The notes under the pieces are model-generated. The model was not told the DNA's origin and searched no databases. It saw only the letters and a list, made by a program, of their open reading frames with translations. Source: Antedon mediterranea (Eukaryota; Animalia; Echinodermata). Taken from it: a stretch of 64,000 nucleotides of DNA. Position numbers and translations under genes: made by a program. Below are positions 41,301-53,300 of the stretch, piece by piece (positions within the stretch are counted from its first letter, which is position 1; each line of letters opens with the position of its first letter). The stretch covers positions 2,976,001-3,040,000 of the forward strand of contig NC_092680.1 in the NCBI RefSeq assembly GCF_964355755.1, given 5' to 3'.

Positions 41301-44300
41301 TATAAGTTTGACCACTAATATCATGCGTGCTGCCACTTTTGCAAAAGTGAAATTCAATAAATTGATAATTTATTTACGTCAGAAGATTTCACTGTCTATA
41401 TAAAGGTAAATTGTTGTAAATAAATTTAATTTTGGCGCAACCGTTTATTTTTTCAGCATTGGTTCTAGATATAAATAAAAAAATCCTTGATGGCAATAAT
41501 CTTTATGCAGTAAACAACATCCAGGTACTGGTAACAAAACAAGACTTTGAACTAGGATTCAACTTCTAGGAATCGCTTATGGTCTATTACTATTAGAAAG
41601 AGAAATGTCAATAAGACGTCAATCAACTTACCATAGCAGCCAAATCATTTGTACAAACTGCGCTCTGTGAATAGGCCACAAAGCCAGCAAATGTTTTACC
41701 CTTTTCAATTGACCATCTTTGAGAAGAAGAGGTGTCAGGCCTAAAATAAATATGAAAGGATGGAGTTATTAACAACTATAAAGAACAGATTTATTTAAAG
41801 ATGTACAGCATCTTCATAAACATGAAAAAGTGAAAATTAATAAAATCAGACTATGAATACAGTAGGTCATTTTACAATTTTAATAAAGTTAAAGTATTCA
41901 CTTCTGTAGAAAAACAACCCCCAAAAAATACTTATTTCACTTAATAAACACAAAAGAAAACAATTTTTAGCAAAAAAAAAACCTTGTCTGACAGAAATTT
42001 AAGTATTTTTTGCTTTAAATTACATTTTTTCAGGTACATTTTTTTTTCAATCCAGTTTTCGGTCAACGTGAATACGGTAACTGTTACGTTACGATATGAT
42101 TAAAATCTCATATTAAATACAAAATATATAAAAAATTTTGTTAGGGGGACAATATACAGTATCTAAAGAACAGATTCATTTAAGAAATTGATACATAGAC
42201 ATCTCAGTGATTTGTCTGCGTTGGTGTCCCATCATTATTTTTGATAATTTTGTGGAACTCGGCGCTAATAATCTGCCCAAAGGCCAAATTCAAGCAATGT
42301 TTTTATTAAATATGCCAAAGCATTTGATTAAAAATGATTAAAATTTACTTCAGTATACAGTAGTGATGTGTAAAGAAACAAATAACTGCAATTAATTTAT
42401 TATTATAAATTTAATTAAAAATAGCAACTGATTAACAATCAACTCATAATCATTTTTTTTTTAATATTATATTGTGCATGCCCACATGTATGGTAGTGTA
42501 CTGATAGAGAAATGGACTGTATTTATTATATCAGTAAAAAATATCAGCAAGCATATTTTCATCAAATTTAAAATATGTTATGATGTCATCATACCGTAAC
42601 AGTCATGTAAACATTTTATCTACTGTAATTATGAAACTAAAATTTACAAAATGAAAAATATTTTTTAAAATATGTATTATGATCTTTCATCTTGAAATGT
42701 ATTTTAAGTTTAAAAAACCCAAAAAAAAAAACATACCAACTTTCTCCTGGTTTATATTCATACAACTCCTGAAATAAAAATGTGTCTATGTTTAAATTTA
42801 ATTTTTATTCATTTGGTGTTTGCATTTTTTAGAAAAGTTGGAGACAATAATGTCTGCAATAATAGCAAATAACATTTCCAGGCGCCATAATATAAGTTAA
42901 AATACATGCCATTAAAAATAATCTTATGGTGCCACATTAGAATTGTTAAAAACACACACATTATCCTTAATGGAAGAAATTACCAACCACATTACACACA
43001 AAATTGATACTATATTTTGACCTCAAAACCATTATTTATTAATAAGGGAAGTAGATGCTAAGCTTGTGGCTGTATATCACTGCAAGATGCAGAAATTGTG
43101 ACATTTCCAAGTAAATTGTACAAATTGTACAAGTGACATTTAAAGGTACTGTACTGATCAGACATGTAAAAAAAAACTATAAAAATATATTTAGAATCAC
43201 GTTTTGCTTTTCAAAAGGCTTTAGCTTACTGTACTATAATGTTTTTGTAAATTACAAAAACATTAGGTATATTACAAATTAGTATTGGATGTGTCCTGGT
43301 TTAGCAAGATCTACACAATATTAACTACGCACCATTTCTGTTTCATTCACAAGGTAAAGTCGATAACTGTCTGCGTTGATTAGCGCCGCAACGCACTCTG
43401 CCAGCTCGTGAAGTACAAACACTTTATGAGGCTGTTGCTGAAGATCTTGTGTAAGCTCAAACAAAACCTTCCGTCGATCTCTTTTATGCGGACTCTGAAA
43501 TGAAAATTAATAGCCATGATGTCTTCAGTATATATGTTAAAACTTGAAACATTCAATAAAGCTCTGTCTCCACTGTCACCACTACCATATTTGGGAATGT
43601 CACTACCATATTTGGGAATGTCACTACCATATTTGGGAATGTCACTACCATATTTGGGAATGTCACTACCATATTTGGGAAAATGACACCTTTTTGTCAA
43701 ACTATAGTTTGATAGAGTAGACAGAGCTTAAAGATATATCGTCCCCCAAAAACATAAAAAATGAAGATTAATTAAGTCAGACTTTGAATATGTTATTTTG
43801 TAGTTTTAATGTTTTTACTTATAAAAAGGCCAAAATAAATGGTTAATATCAACCAAAAATCCCTTGGCTGGCGGCAGCCAATTTGACCATTTTTTTGCTT
43901 TAAATTACATTTTTTCAGGTAAACACATTTTTTTTCCCATCCAATTTTTGGTCAAAGTGGACAACTATTATGTTACAATAAAATGGAATATTCAACAAAA
44001 AAATGTTAAGAATTATTTTTTCAGGGGGACAAAACATGTTTAAGAATTTCAATTCAAACACGTATATCAAATTTTAGAACAAAAACAAAACAAGGTAATC
44101 AGCAATTTGTTCTTATTTCGTTCATAATCATACATATAATATTAAGTCTATTACGTACTATCTTTTTCAAATTGCCCAATATATTATAATTATGGTTCAA
44201 ACATACCATCTATCAATTGGTTTGAAAGAGCATCACATGATTACGAAAAGATTTGACTATCTCGAACGGTGGCATGTTGGACAAATTACCAAATAATATA

Positions 44301-47300
44301 TTATAACTCCTAGTTACTCTTTCCATGCAGGTATTTTATACCTCCATGCTCTTTCCTATGTAAAATGATGTCAACTATCACAATAACATTGACAATTACA
44401 ATGACGTCAATTACATTTTGTTTTTGATCGTGTGCAGGTGTGGATAATGCCATAAACTGCTAGAAATAAACACAAGTCCCACATTTTACATGCTCATGGC
44501 TTGCATCGATATTCAATTTAATATGTACAGTAAGTTGCAGATAAATAAACAATTTGAACAGTACGGATTCATATTTTATAAAATAAATATACTTTGTTTA
44601 CTGTATATTATTCTTATTATGCAAAACTATCATTTGTTATTTAATTTGTAAATATTTTGTTAATAATACAAAAATAATTTGAAGCGTAGTTAATCATAAT
44701 AATGTTTGGACAATGACAAGACTGGCATTCTGTAGTATTTCTTCAGTTTTAATAACTTTAACCAGGGGACATTCACTGCATGCAATAACAACACATCCGT
44801 GGTTAATTGATCAAAATCGCGTCAGAAAATGTTGACTTTATCTCAAAAAGCTTGGCAGATGTAAAATGACTAAAACCTTTCTTGAATACATATTTCATGA
44901 ATATTTTATGATTTTTAACGAGTAAAGGCTGTTTGCTTTTCGTGAATTAACAGAGGAATTATTAACAATTTATTAGAGCCGACGGAATAATAAGTGTCCG
45001 AGGGTCGCGCGTGAGAATTAATAGGTCACGAGTCAAATAACAAACTAGAACACCAACGCTAATAGAAAGAGAATATTTGTGATTAGTCGTTGCTAGGCAA
45101 CAATTAGTAATCTGGCTCAGATGTAATAAGTTCTACTATGATATTTTCTAGAATACCATGACAACACTCTAGGCTAATGCTCCTAAATTGTAAAACATTT
45201 TGGTAATAAAATTTCAACAATAAATTACAAATCTCTCCTTTTTTGTATTTATAACTTTTTAGGATGCCGCTATAAACAAATTTATGATTTTAATAAAAAG
45301 ATTTTGAGCAACACATATTTTTGTAACTGCAGAGTTGAAGAAATATATATATAGGTACTGGTATACAGTACTGTAGGTCATTATGTTATAATTAATTGTA
45401 ATTTTTAAATTTATATGTACCTATTAAGGGCCACAATGGAAATAAGTTTGACCATTGGTTACATTTTTTGTGCTACCCTGAAATTTATTCCTGCCCTTTT
45501 TTTTTAAATGTTACAGTATATTGTTTGAAATTGAATAAAACAAATTAAAAAAATGAAAAAAGTTTTTGATAGCACATTCAGCCAATTTTCTTCATATCTT
45601 TGATTTAAACAGGGCAAAACAAGAGCTCAATATACTTACCATCCATCTCATTGATCTTTTGGTGTGGAAATCTCCTAAAAAGAAAACAAATGATTAAAAA
45701 ATGTAACAAAATTCTTTAAACATATCATATCAATCTAATTCCAATAACACTGAGATGATTTCTATAAAATAAAACACGTCGTCTGCCTGTGACGATATAT
45801 AACTTAAAAAGTATAGACGCTATCAGGCAAAAAAACCCCAGTTACAAACACAGAATTAAAGCAATAAGTTAAACTGTGACTATACTGATAATGATATTCT
45901 AGTTTATAAACTTAAGAATAAACTGCAAAAGAATAATACTTTCGTTTAAAACAAAAACAGACATAACATTAATATCCAACTGATTAAAATTTGTAGAATT
46001 ATTGAATTATATAAAAATATGAAATATAAATTTCTATTATAAATTATTTTGTAGATATTTGTCCATTAACATAGATTTGCAAAATAGATGTTTAACAAAA
46101 AAATACACCTTACCGGTGACAGCGTTTTATTTAATGCTTTTGTCTTTCCTCGGCCTCGTGTCTTGTATTTCATATATATATTTCTATGTTTTTTTTTAAA
46201 TTATTATTTTATGTTTATTGCCGAAAGGAATAAAATAAAAAATAAAATAATTATTTAGTTAAATTAATGTGATTGTGACCAATTTCATTTTAAGTTTTAT
46301 AAAGTGAAAGTGCAGCCTAGAGCGTTGGCTACAAAAGTCTTTAAAAAAAAAAAACCCTTGAGAATGGACTGTTTTGAAGGCCATGGCAACCAGAAGCAAA
46401 GGTTATTTGCTGATGTTTGACTGTGTTTAACCTATTGTAAGACCATGGCCCAGAGGTAAAAACCCCTCGAGATTAAATATCAAAGTTGAGAGAGAAGTTT
46501 ACAAAAGACTTGACAGTTATGGCAAGTCAAAGGTTACTGTCGATAAATATAAAATGAAATACTAGTACAATTTTGGTCTCAATTGTTTACTTTATAATGT
46601 ATTCTATTTTCTAAAAGCCAGAATTTTTCGCAATGTCCAAAAAGTCTTAAAATTCAGTTGAGATCATATCAAAATTATACTGTAGTTACTGCAGTAATTA
46701 CATTTGTTTACATTTTGTTTCACTGTACTATTATTTTATGATTACTCAGAAAAGCTTCCTAAATAATTGCATAAACCAGTTTTATATATAAAATGTAGTT
46801 TACTGTCAGTAGAATAATTGATAAATGGTTCCTATACATCTCTTATAGATTTATTGAGTTACTGTACCTTTCCCAAAGTCAGAATTTTTGCAATGTCAAA
46901 AGTCTCAAAGTTCAGTTGAGATATCATATAGGAATTATTTTACTGTGTGTTCCAATGTAATACGTTTATAATTACTCAGAAAAGCTTCCTAAATAATTGC
47001 ATAATAAGGTAGATATATATAAAATGTAGTTTACTAGCTGTCGTGTCAGTGTCAGTAGATTAATTAAATGGTTCCTATACATAGAATTGTATCTTATAGA
47101 ATTATTGAATTACTAATAAGACTAGAGTGAAGGTGCATTTATATAATAATAGTCTATCAACCAGAAGCCATTAGGTCTTCAATTTAAGACAAATCATATT
47201 GACCAATGGAATGATTGTCAAATATCAAGTGGTTAATTTAAACATGTGACTTTAATTGGGTAGATGTCAAGACATATGCTAAAGTGTTTTCTGAAACACT

Positions 47301-50300
47301 AATGGCATGAAAATCAATTTTCTATGACCATCAGAAAAACCTCTCTTCTCTAAGGAGATCCACTTAATGTATAGTGCATACAGTCTATCAGAAGAGATTG
47401 CTGAAAACATATTTCATCAATTCTATGATGTAATCGGATGCTTTTTATATTTAACAAAATGTAATTTTAACTCAGAAGAACACTGATCATCAAATAGAAT
47501 TTGAAAGAGTGTTTTAAATTCCGGATTTCAATTTTGAATTCACACCAAAATAAAACATCAACATTGTTGTCAGTCTTGTGTGTGCAAACTCTGGAGATTT
47601 ACTAGGAGATTCGAAATGGGTATTATAGAGTCCTGCAGTGCTGATGTCACGACGGTAGGTGGCACTGCGTGCGGGACTGCATGGTTGCTAGCCAACCATA
47701 AATTGCGTTCAAACTGCCCGAGTGACTCCAAGGTCATGGTTGGAATAGGCTTATTGAAGTAGTCATTTTAAAACATAATAATTTTCAATAAAAACAAACA
47801 GATCACTAAATATTTGTTTTTAATAATCTATTTATTCTTCAACTACAGTTTAAGTTTTAGAAAATCAAGCTATTAAAGATACATAATTTAATAGAAACAC
47901 AGATCTATAGTGTATATCAAATTTTGGTTGCACCAGCAACCACGCAGCGCCATCTATCGTTATGACGTCACACCGCAGAACTCTATATAGTATAATTAGA
48001 CTGCAATCTTTTTTGTAAAGCTGCTGACGTACCTGTTCCATTTACTATGTTATGATCAACATGATGATGCGAGTTGTCATGTTTTGTTAAATACTTTGCA
48101 GTCCACTTCTCCAGTTGTGACTGATTGATATTATTCAAAACATATTCTTCTACAAAGTCTGGGTTGTCATTCAAGTAGGTTTTTACTTGTTCTCTCATCA
48201 ATGGTTGTTCTGGAAGAAAACATAAGTTTAGTTATTTTTATGGAGAACAAATTATAGATTTTTTTTTTTTTTTATGCGCATCCAACAGCGAGTAACTTGA
48301 CAATTACAGGATGGATAAACTATTCAATAACTTTTCATGCTTATAAACTAAGTCTCATTGGAGTTGAAAGAGTCGTGAGTAATACAACCCTCGCACTAGG
48401 TCAGGATTGAACCCTGCATCTTGGGATTGGAAGGCAAGCATGTTAAACCACCAAGCTACAACTCCACTAGATTTAATTATAGACATACTGCAGCATGAGA
48501 GACCCAAAAAAAAAGCTGTAATTTTTATATAAATATAATTGTAAAGTATTGAAATATAATAGAACGCCCTCTATAATTTTGTGGATGTTGCTCCTAGGTC
48601 TAATATATAGGGGTGTGACCAAATTCCAGGAGAGATGAATTTTGGGTTTGAACAGCGACACATCTCCAACTCGACACTTTTCTAATTTTTTGTTGTGACA
48701 AATTGTTTATTTGGAACTTGTTTGTAACTTTTACAACTTGTTTATAACTTTGAAAGCTTGGTTAATTGTATGAAACATTTATGTGTAATTTGGCAACATT
48801 TGTGATTTCGACAACCTTGTTACTTTTTATATCTGTTTTGAACTGGGAGTAGTTCAAGTGCATCTGTTTACTGTGATTGGTATATTTGAGGCGTCAAAGT
48901 CAGAACAGAACGGAAGATCGGTCTATTGTAAATAAATTGTAGATATTGTATTTGCTGGATCAGTGTCTTTTGTTATCTGCGTCGATTGACCACACACGCC
49001 ACCAAGCGAACTCGCGTAGTACGCTACAGTGATTGACTAGCCTATACGAGTATGGCAGAAGATAGGAAGACTACGCTGACTTTGCAGCGCCGAAACAGAA
49101 AGGGATTGGTAACAAGAAGTTTGAACACTTTGAGCGCATTGTTAAAAACGGAAGGAGTTACTATTGTTGACATAGACGACCAATTAGAGCGGGTGGACGA
49201 GGCATTCAAAGTAGTAGAAAAGGCCCATCTCGCGTTGTTGGATGTCATTGATGACGATGACATATTTGAGCAAGAAGAGGAGTGGATGGCGAAAGTAGAA
49301 AAAGAATATACAGATCAGAGGAGGAGCGCATTGGCTCATTCTTGCGAATTGAGGAAAGTAGACCATGGTAATGGAAAGGTCGACGCTGCCAACAACCAAC
49401 AAGGAACTAAGGCGGTCGGTGAGCTAAAGACTAGTAGTAGTAATTTAAGTATGGATAGCCTAGTGAAGGCGATGTCTTTACCTAGGCCCGAATTACAAAT
49501 GTATGATGGCAATCCTTTAAGGTATTGGCCATTTATAAGAGCCTTTGATGTATTAATGTCGGAGGTATCTGACGACAATTTTAAACTGACTACCTTATTA
49601 AAATATTGTAGGGGTAGAGCAAGTGACGCCCTACAATGTTGCCTTATGCGGCCCCCAACTGAAGGGTACAAACTGGCAAGGGAAATCCTCTCAGAGAGGT
49701 TCGGAGATAAAGGGACGATCGTCCAGACCTGGGTAGATAAGATTGTAAATCGCCCTAAGATTGACGTTGCCGAGTTAAGGCAATTTACCGACGATTTATC
49801 ATCCTGCAGGGAAACGCTAGATGCGATGGGTTTTCTTGGGGAATTAAATAACCAACGTAGCCTTAGGTCAATAATTGACAAGTTACCACGATACTTACAG
49901 ATAAGGTGGGTTAAAGAATATCAAAGGATAAAGCTTAGAGGCAGTCCACCTACCATTGCACATGTTGTTGACTTTGTTAAATCGGCCTCTAAGGAGGCAA
50001 ATGATCCTGTATTTGGTAGCCTTGTCTCGGGTAGTGCAGGTAACAAGCCAGAGAGACAGACGACCAGCAACAGAGAACCCGAAAAACGCCGAAATAAGAA
50101 TTTTGCCATCGGATCCCCGTCCTGTCAAATGTGTGAAGGTTCTCATTCTTTATTTGGTTGTCTACAGTTTAAAGAAAAGAATGTTGAAGAAAGGCTATCA
50201 TTCGTAAAGAGGAACCGGCTATGCTTTAATTGCCTAAAACCTGGACATAACGCATCAAGATGTCTATTGAATAGGACATGCTCGGTAGCTGGATGTGGAC

Positions 50301-53300
50301 AGAAACACACCAAGTTCCTTCATATAATTAAGCCAAAGGCGACACAACAACAACAACAACAACAACAAGCCCCCGCATCTAAAGCTCAGCCACATCAAGC
50401 AGAGCAGACACCAGCTGCTAGTGTACCGCAGCAACCACAGACGCAGCCAGTTGGGCACGCCGACAAGATGAACACCTTCATCTCATTACCAATCTTGCCG
50501 GTCACAATACGATCACCGGAAAGTGGGATAGAGGTAGACGCATACGCACTATTGGACAGTGGGAGTACAAGCTCATTTTGTACAGAGAGATTGGCAAAGA
50601 CGTTGAAGGTGAGAGGTAGACCGGAGAACCTGATCATTAACACCATCGGTGATAATGAAAGCAGTGTACCCAGCAGAATAATCAGTCTGGAAGTGAGAGG
50701 CATGGGTGGAGGAGAACCTGTAGCACTCCCACTAGTATATTCCACACGAAAAATGACAATTCGCTCTTCGACAAGTCGAGCCTTGAAGTTGGATGAAGTG
50801 AACAAATGGCCTCATCTAAATGGAGTTAATCTCCCACGACTAGACAACTCAGAGGTGGACCTCCTAATTGGGCTAGATGTTCCAGATGCGTTACAACCGC
50901 TTGAAATAAGAGCCGGTGGAAAAGGGGAACCGTATGCCACACGAACATCCCTTGGGTGGTCCCTAAACGGTCCTGTTATGGGAAGAAATGAGAAGAGATC
51001 TTCCACGTTTGCTTGCGAGATTCAGAACAACGTGAGGCTTGATCAGATACTGGAGAGATTTTGGACAACTGATTGTGACGTACCTGCATTGGATGACGAT
51101 GACAGAATGATGTCTGTTAATGACAAAAGAGTAGTTAAACTATGGGATCAAAATGTACAGTTTAAGGATGGACATTACCATTTACCTATTCCCTTCAAGC
51201 AACGCCCGCCTATTTTACCGGACAATAGACATACTGCTGAAGTCAGACTTGGCCATCTCCGACGGAAATTGGTGAAGGATGTAAGCCTTAAAGCCAAATA
51301 TGCTGAGGTTATTAAAACCCTAGTTGAAGAAAATCATGCAGAACCTGTAGGTAACCGCAATTCGACGTTCCCAAATTGGTATCTGCCACACCACGCTGTC
51401 CCCAAGAAGAATGGTGACGTACGAGTAGTATTCGATTGCGCGGCAAAACATAGGGGTCTATCGCTAAATGACGTAGTCATGCAGGGACCAGATCTTGTCA
51501 ACAGCCTGATGGGGGTCCTTCTGAGATTCCGCCGGCGACAATACGCCATCATGGGTGACATCAAGGCTATGTTTCATCAGGTTAGGGTGCCACCAAATGA
51601 AAGGGAGGTTCTTCGATTTCTTTGGTGGACAGACGACGAAATGACGGAAGTGAGTACCTACCGTATGTGTGTGCACCTGTTTGGTGGAACCTGGTGCCCA
51701 AGCGCGAGCACTTATGCTCTAAGAAAGGCGGCACAAGATAACCGTGCTAAAGTTGATGTTAATATCACTGAGATTGTGAATGAAAATTTCTACGTGGACG
51801 ACGCTCTAATCTCTGTTTCAACTGAAGAAGAAGGAGTTAGAGTTTTAAAGAATCTGACGGCCTTGTTATCCATGGGAGGGTTCAAGTTGACGAAATGGAT
51901 AGCCAATAGCTCAGAAATCCTACGTCATGTTCCAGTGGAGGACAGGGCCACGACGGTTAAGGAGCTTGACCTAGAAGGTGCCATCCTACCATCCGAAAAG
52001 GCACTAGGGATGAAGTGGAATGTCGAAGACGACACGTTTGGATTTAATGTAAACCACAAGGACACACCAAAAACTCGTAGAGGGGTGTTAAGTGCATTAA
52101 GCTCGGTGTTCGATCCCCATGGATTCGCAGCACCATTCACGTTGAGGGGCAAACTCATCGTGCAACAACTCGTGCGTCGGGGCGTTGATTGGGATGAGTC
52201 GGTTCCGGATGACTTGTTGTCACGTTGGCAATCATGGCAGAACGATCTCCAGAACTTACAAAACCTAAAGATACCTAGATGTCTAGAAGACAACGTGTTC
52301 GGTACTGTGGTGGCACGAGAGTTACACCACTTCGCTGACGCTTCAGAAATAGCGTATGGGGTGACTACGTACCTACGTACGACAAATGAGGACAACTGCA
52401 CTAGGAGTGCACTTATACTAGCCAAGTCACGTCTATGCCCCATGAAAACTGTGACTATACCGCGATTAGAACTAATGGCGGCGACACTGGCAGTAAAGAT
52501 TGACAAGACACTGACTCGTGAAATTGGGCTGAAAATGGGGAAATCTTGTTTTTGGACTGACAGTATGATAGTTCTGCAGTACATCAAGAATGAAGAAAGG
52601 CGGTTTAAGACGTTCGTTAGCAACAGGTTAGCGACTATACACGACGGCTCTAATCCGGAACAATGGAGACATATCGAGGGGATACATAACCCGGCAGATA
52701 TTGTATCGAGAGGCCTCGAAGCGAGGCTGCTGGTAAACAACAAGTTTTGGTTGGAGGGTCCCACATTTTTAAGACAAGATACTGACAAAACCTGGCCTAT
52801 GCAACCAGATGGGTATGGTGATGTAAGCGCTGATGATCTAGAGGTGAAGAAATCTGTGAATGTGTGTACCAACGTGCAAGATAACGTTGTTATTCAACAC
52901 TATTTCGATCGATATTCGTCTTGGGTTGGATTAAAGCGAAGTGTAGCTTGGATATTGCGATTCAAAAGTTATGTCGTCCTTAAGAAAAGGAATGACATTC
53001 AGAGCCTTATCTGTGACAAACTCACGGTGGATGAAACCAAACAAGCAGAGAGGGTGATTATTCAGTATACCCAATCCACACGCTATAAAGACATCACAAA
53101 CATTAAGGGATTGGGAGCCTTCCTGGCTGACGATGGTATTATTCGGATTGGTGGTCGAATAGAACTGCAGACAACCCTCACCACTGACCAACGACATCAA
53201 ATTTTGTTGCCATGCGATAACCACGTAACCAACCTCGTTATACGGCATTACCATCTTCAAACAGGACATGGGGGTATTGAACGCACGCTGGCTGATATAA

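Noticed and set aside
43575-43680. 21-bp direct repeats as a CRISPR array
   Set aside because: Head-to-tail with no spacers, inside a MITE, in a eukaryotic context with no cas genes.
47560-47765. GC-rich short ORFs as an additional PDE exon
   Set aside because: Flanking exons join in phase without it and no convincing splice pair was found; kept only as a possible regulatory region.
48385-48470. Functional tRNA-Gly gene (also the tRNA-like stretch at 24743-24815)
   Set aside because: Stems are imperfect and the heads run into repeat-like bodies; better explained as SINE heads.
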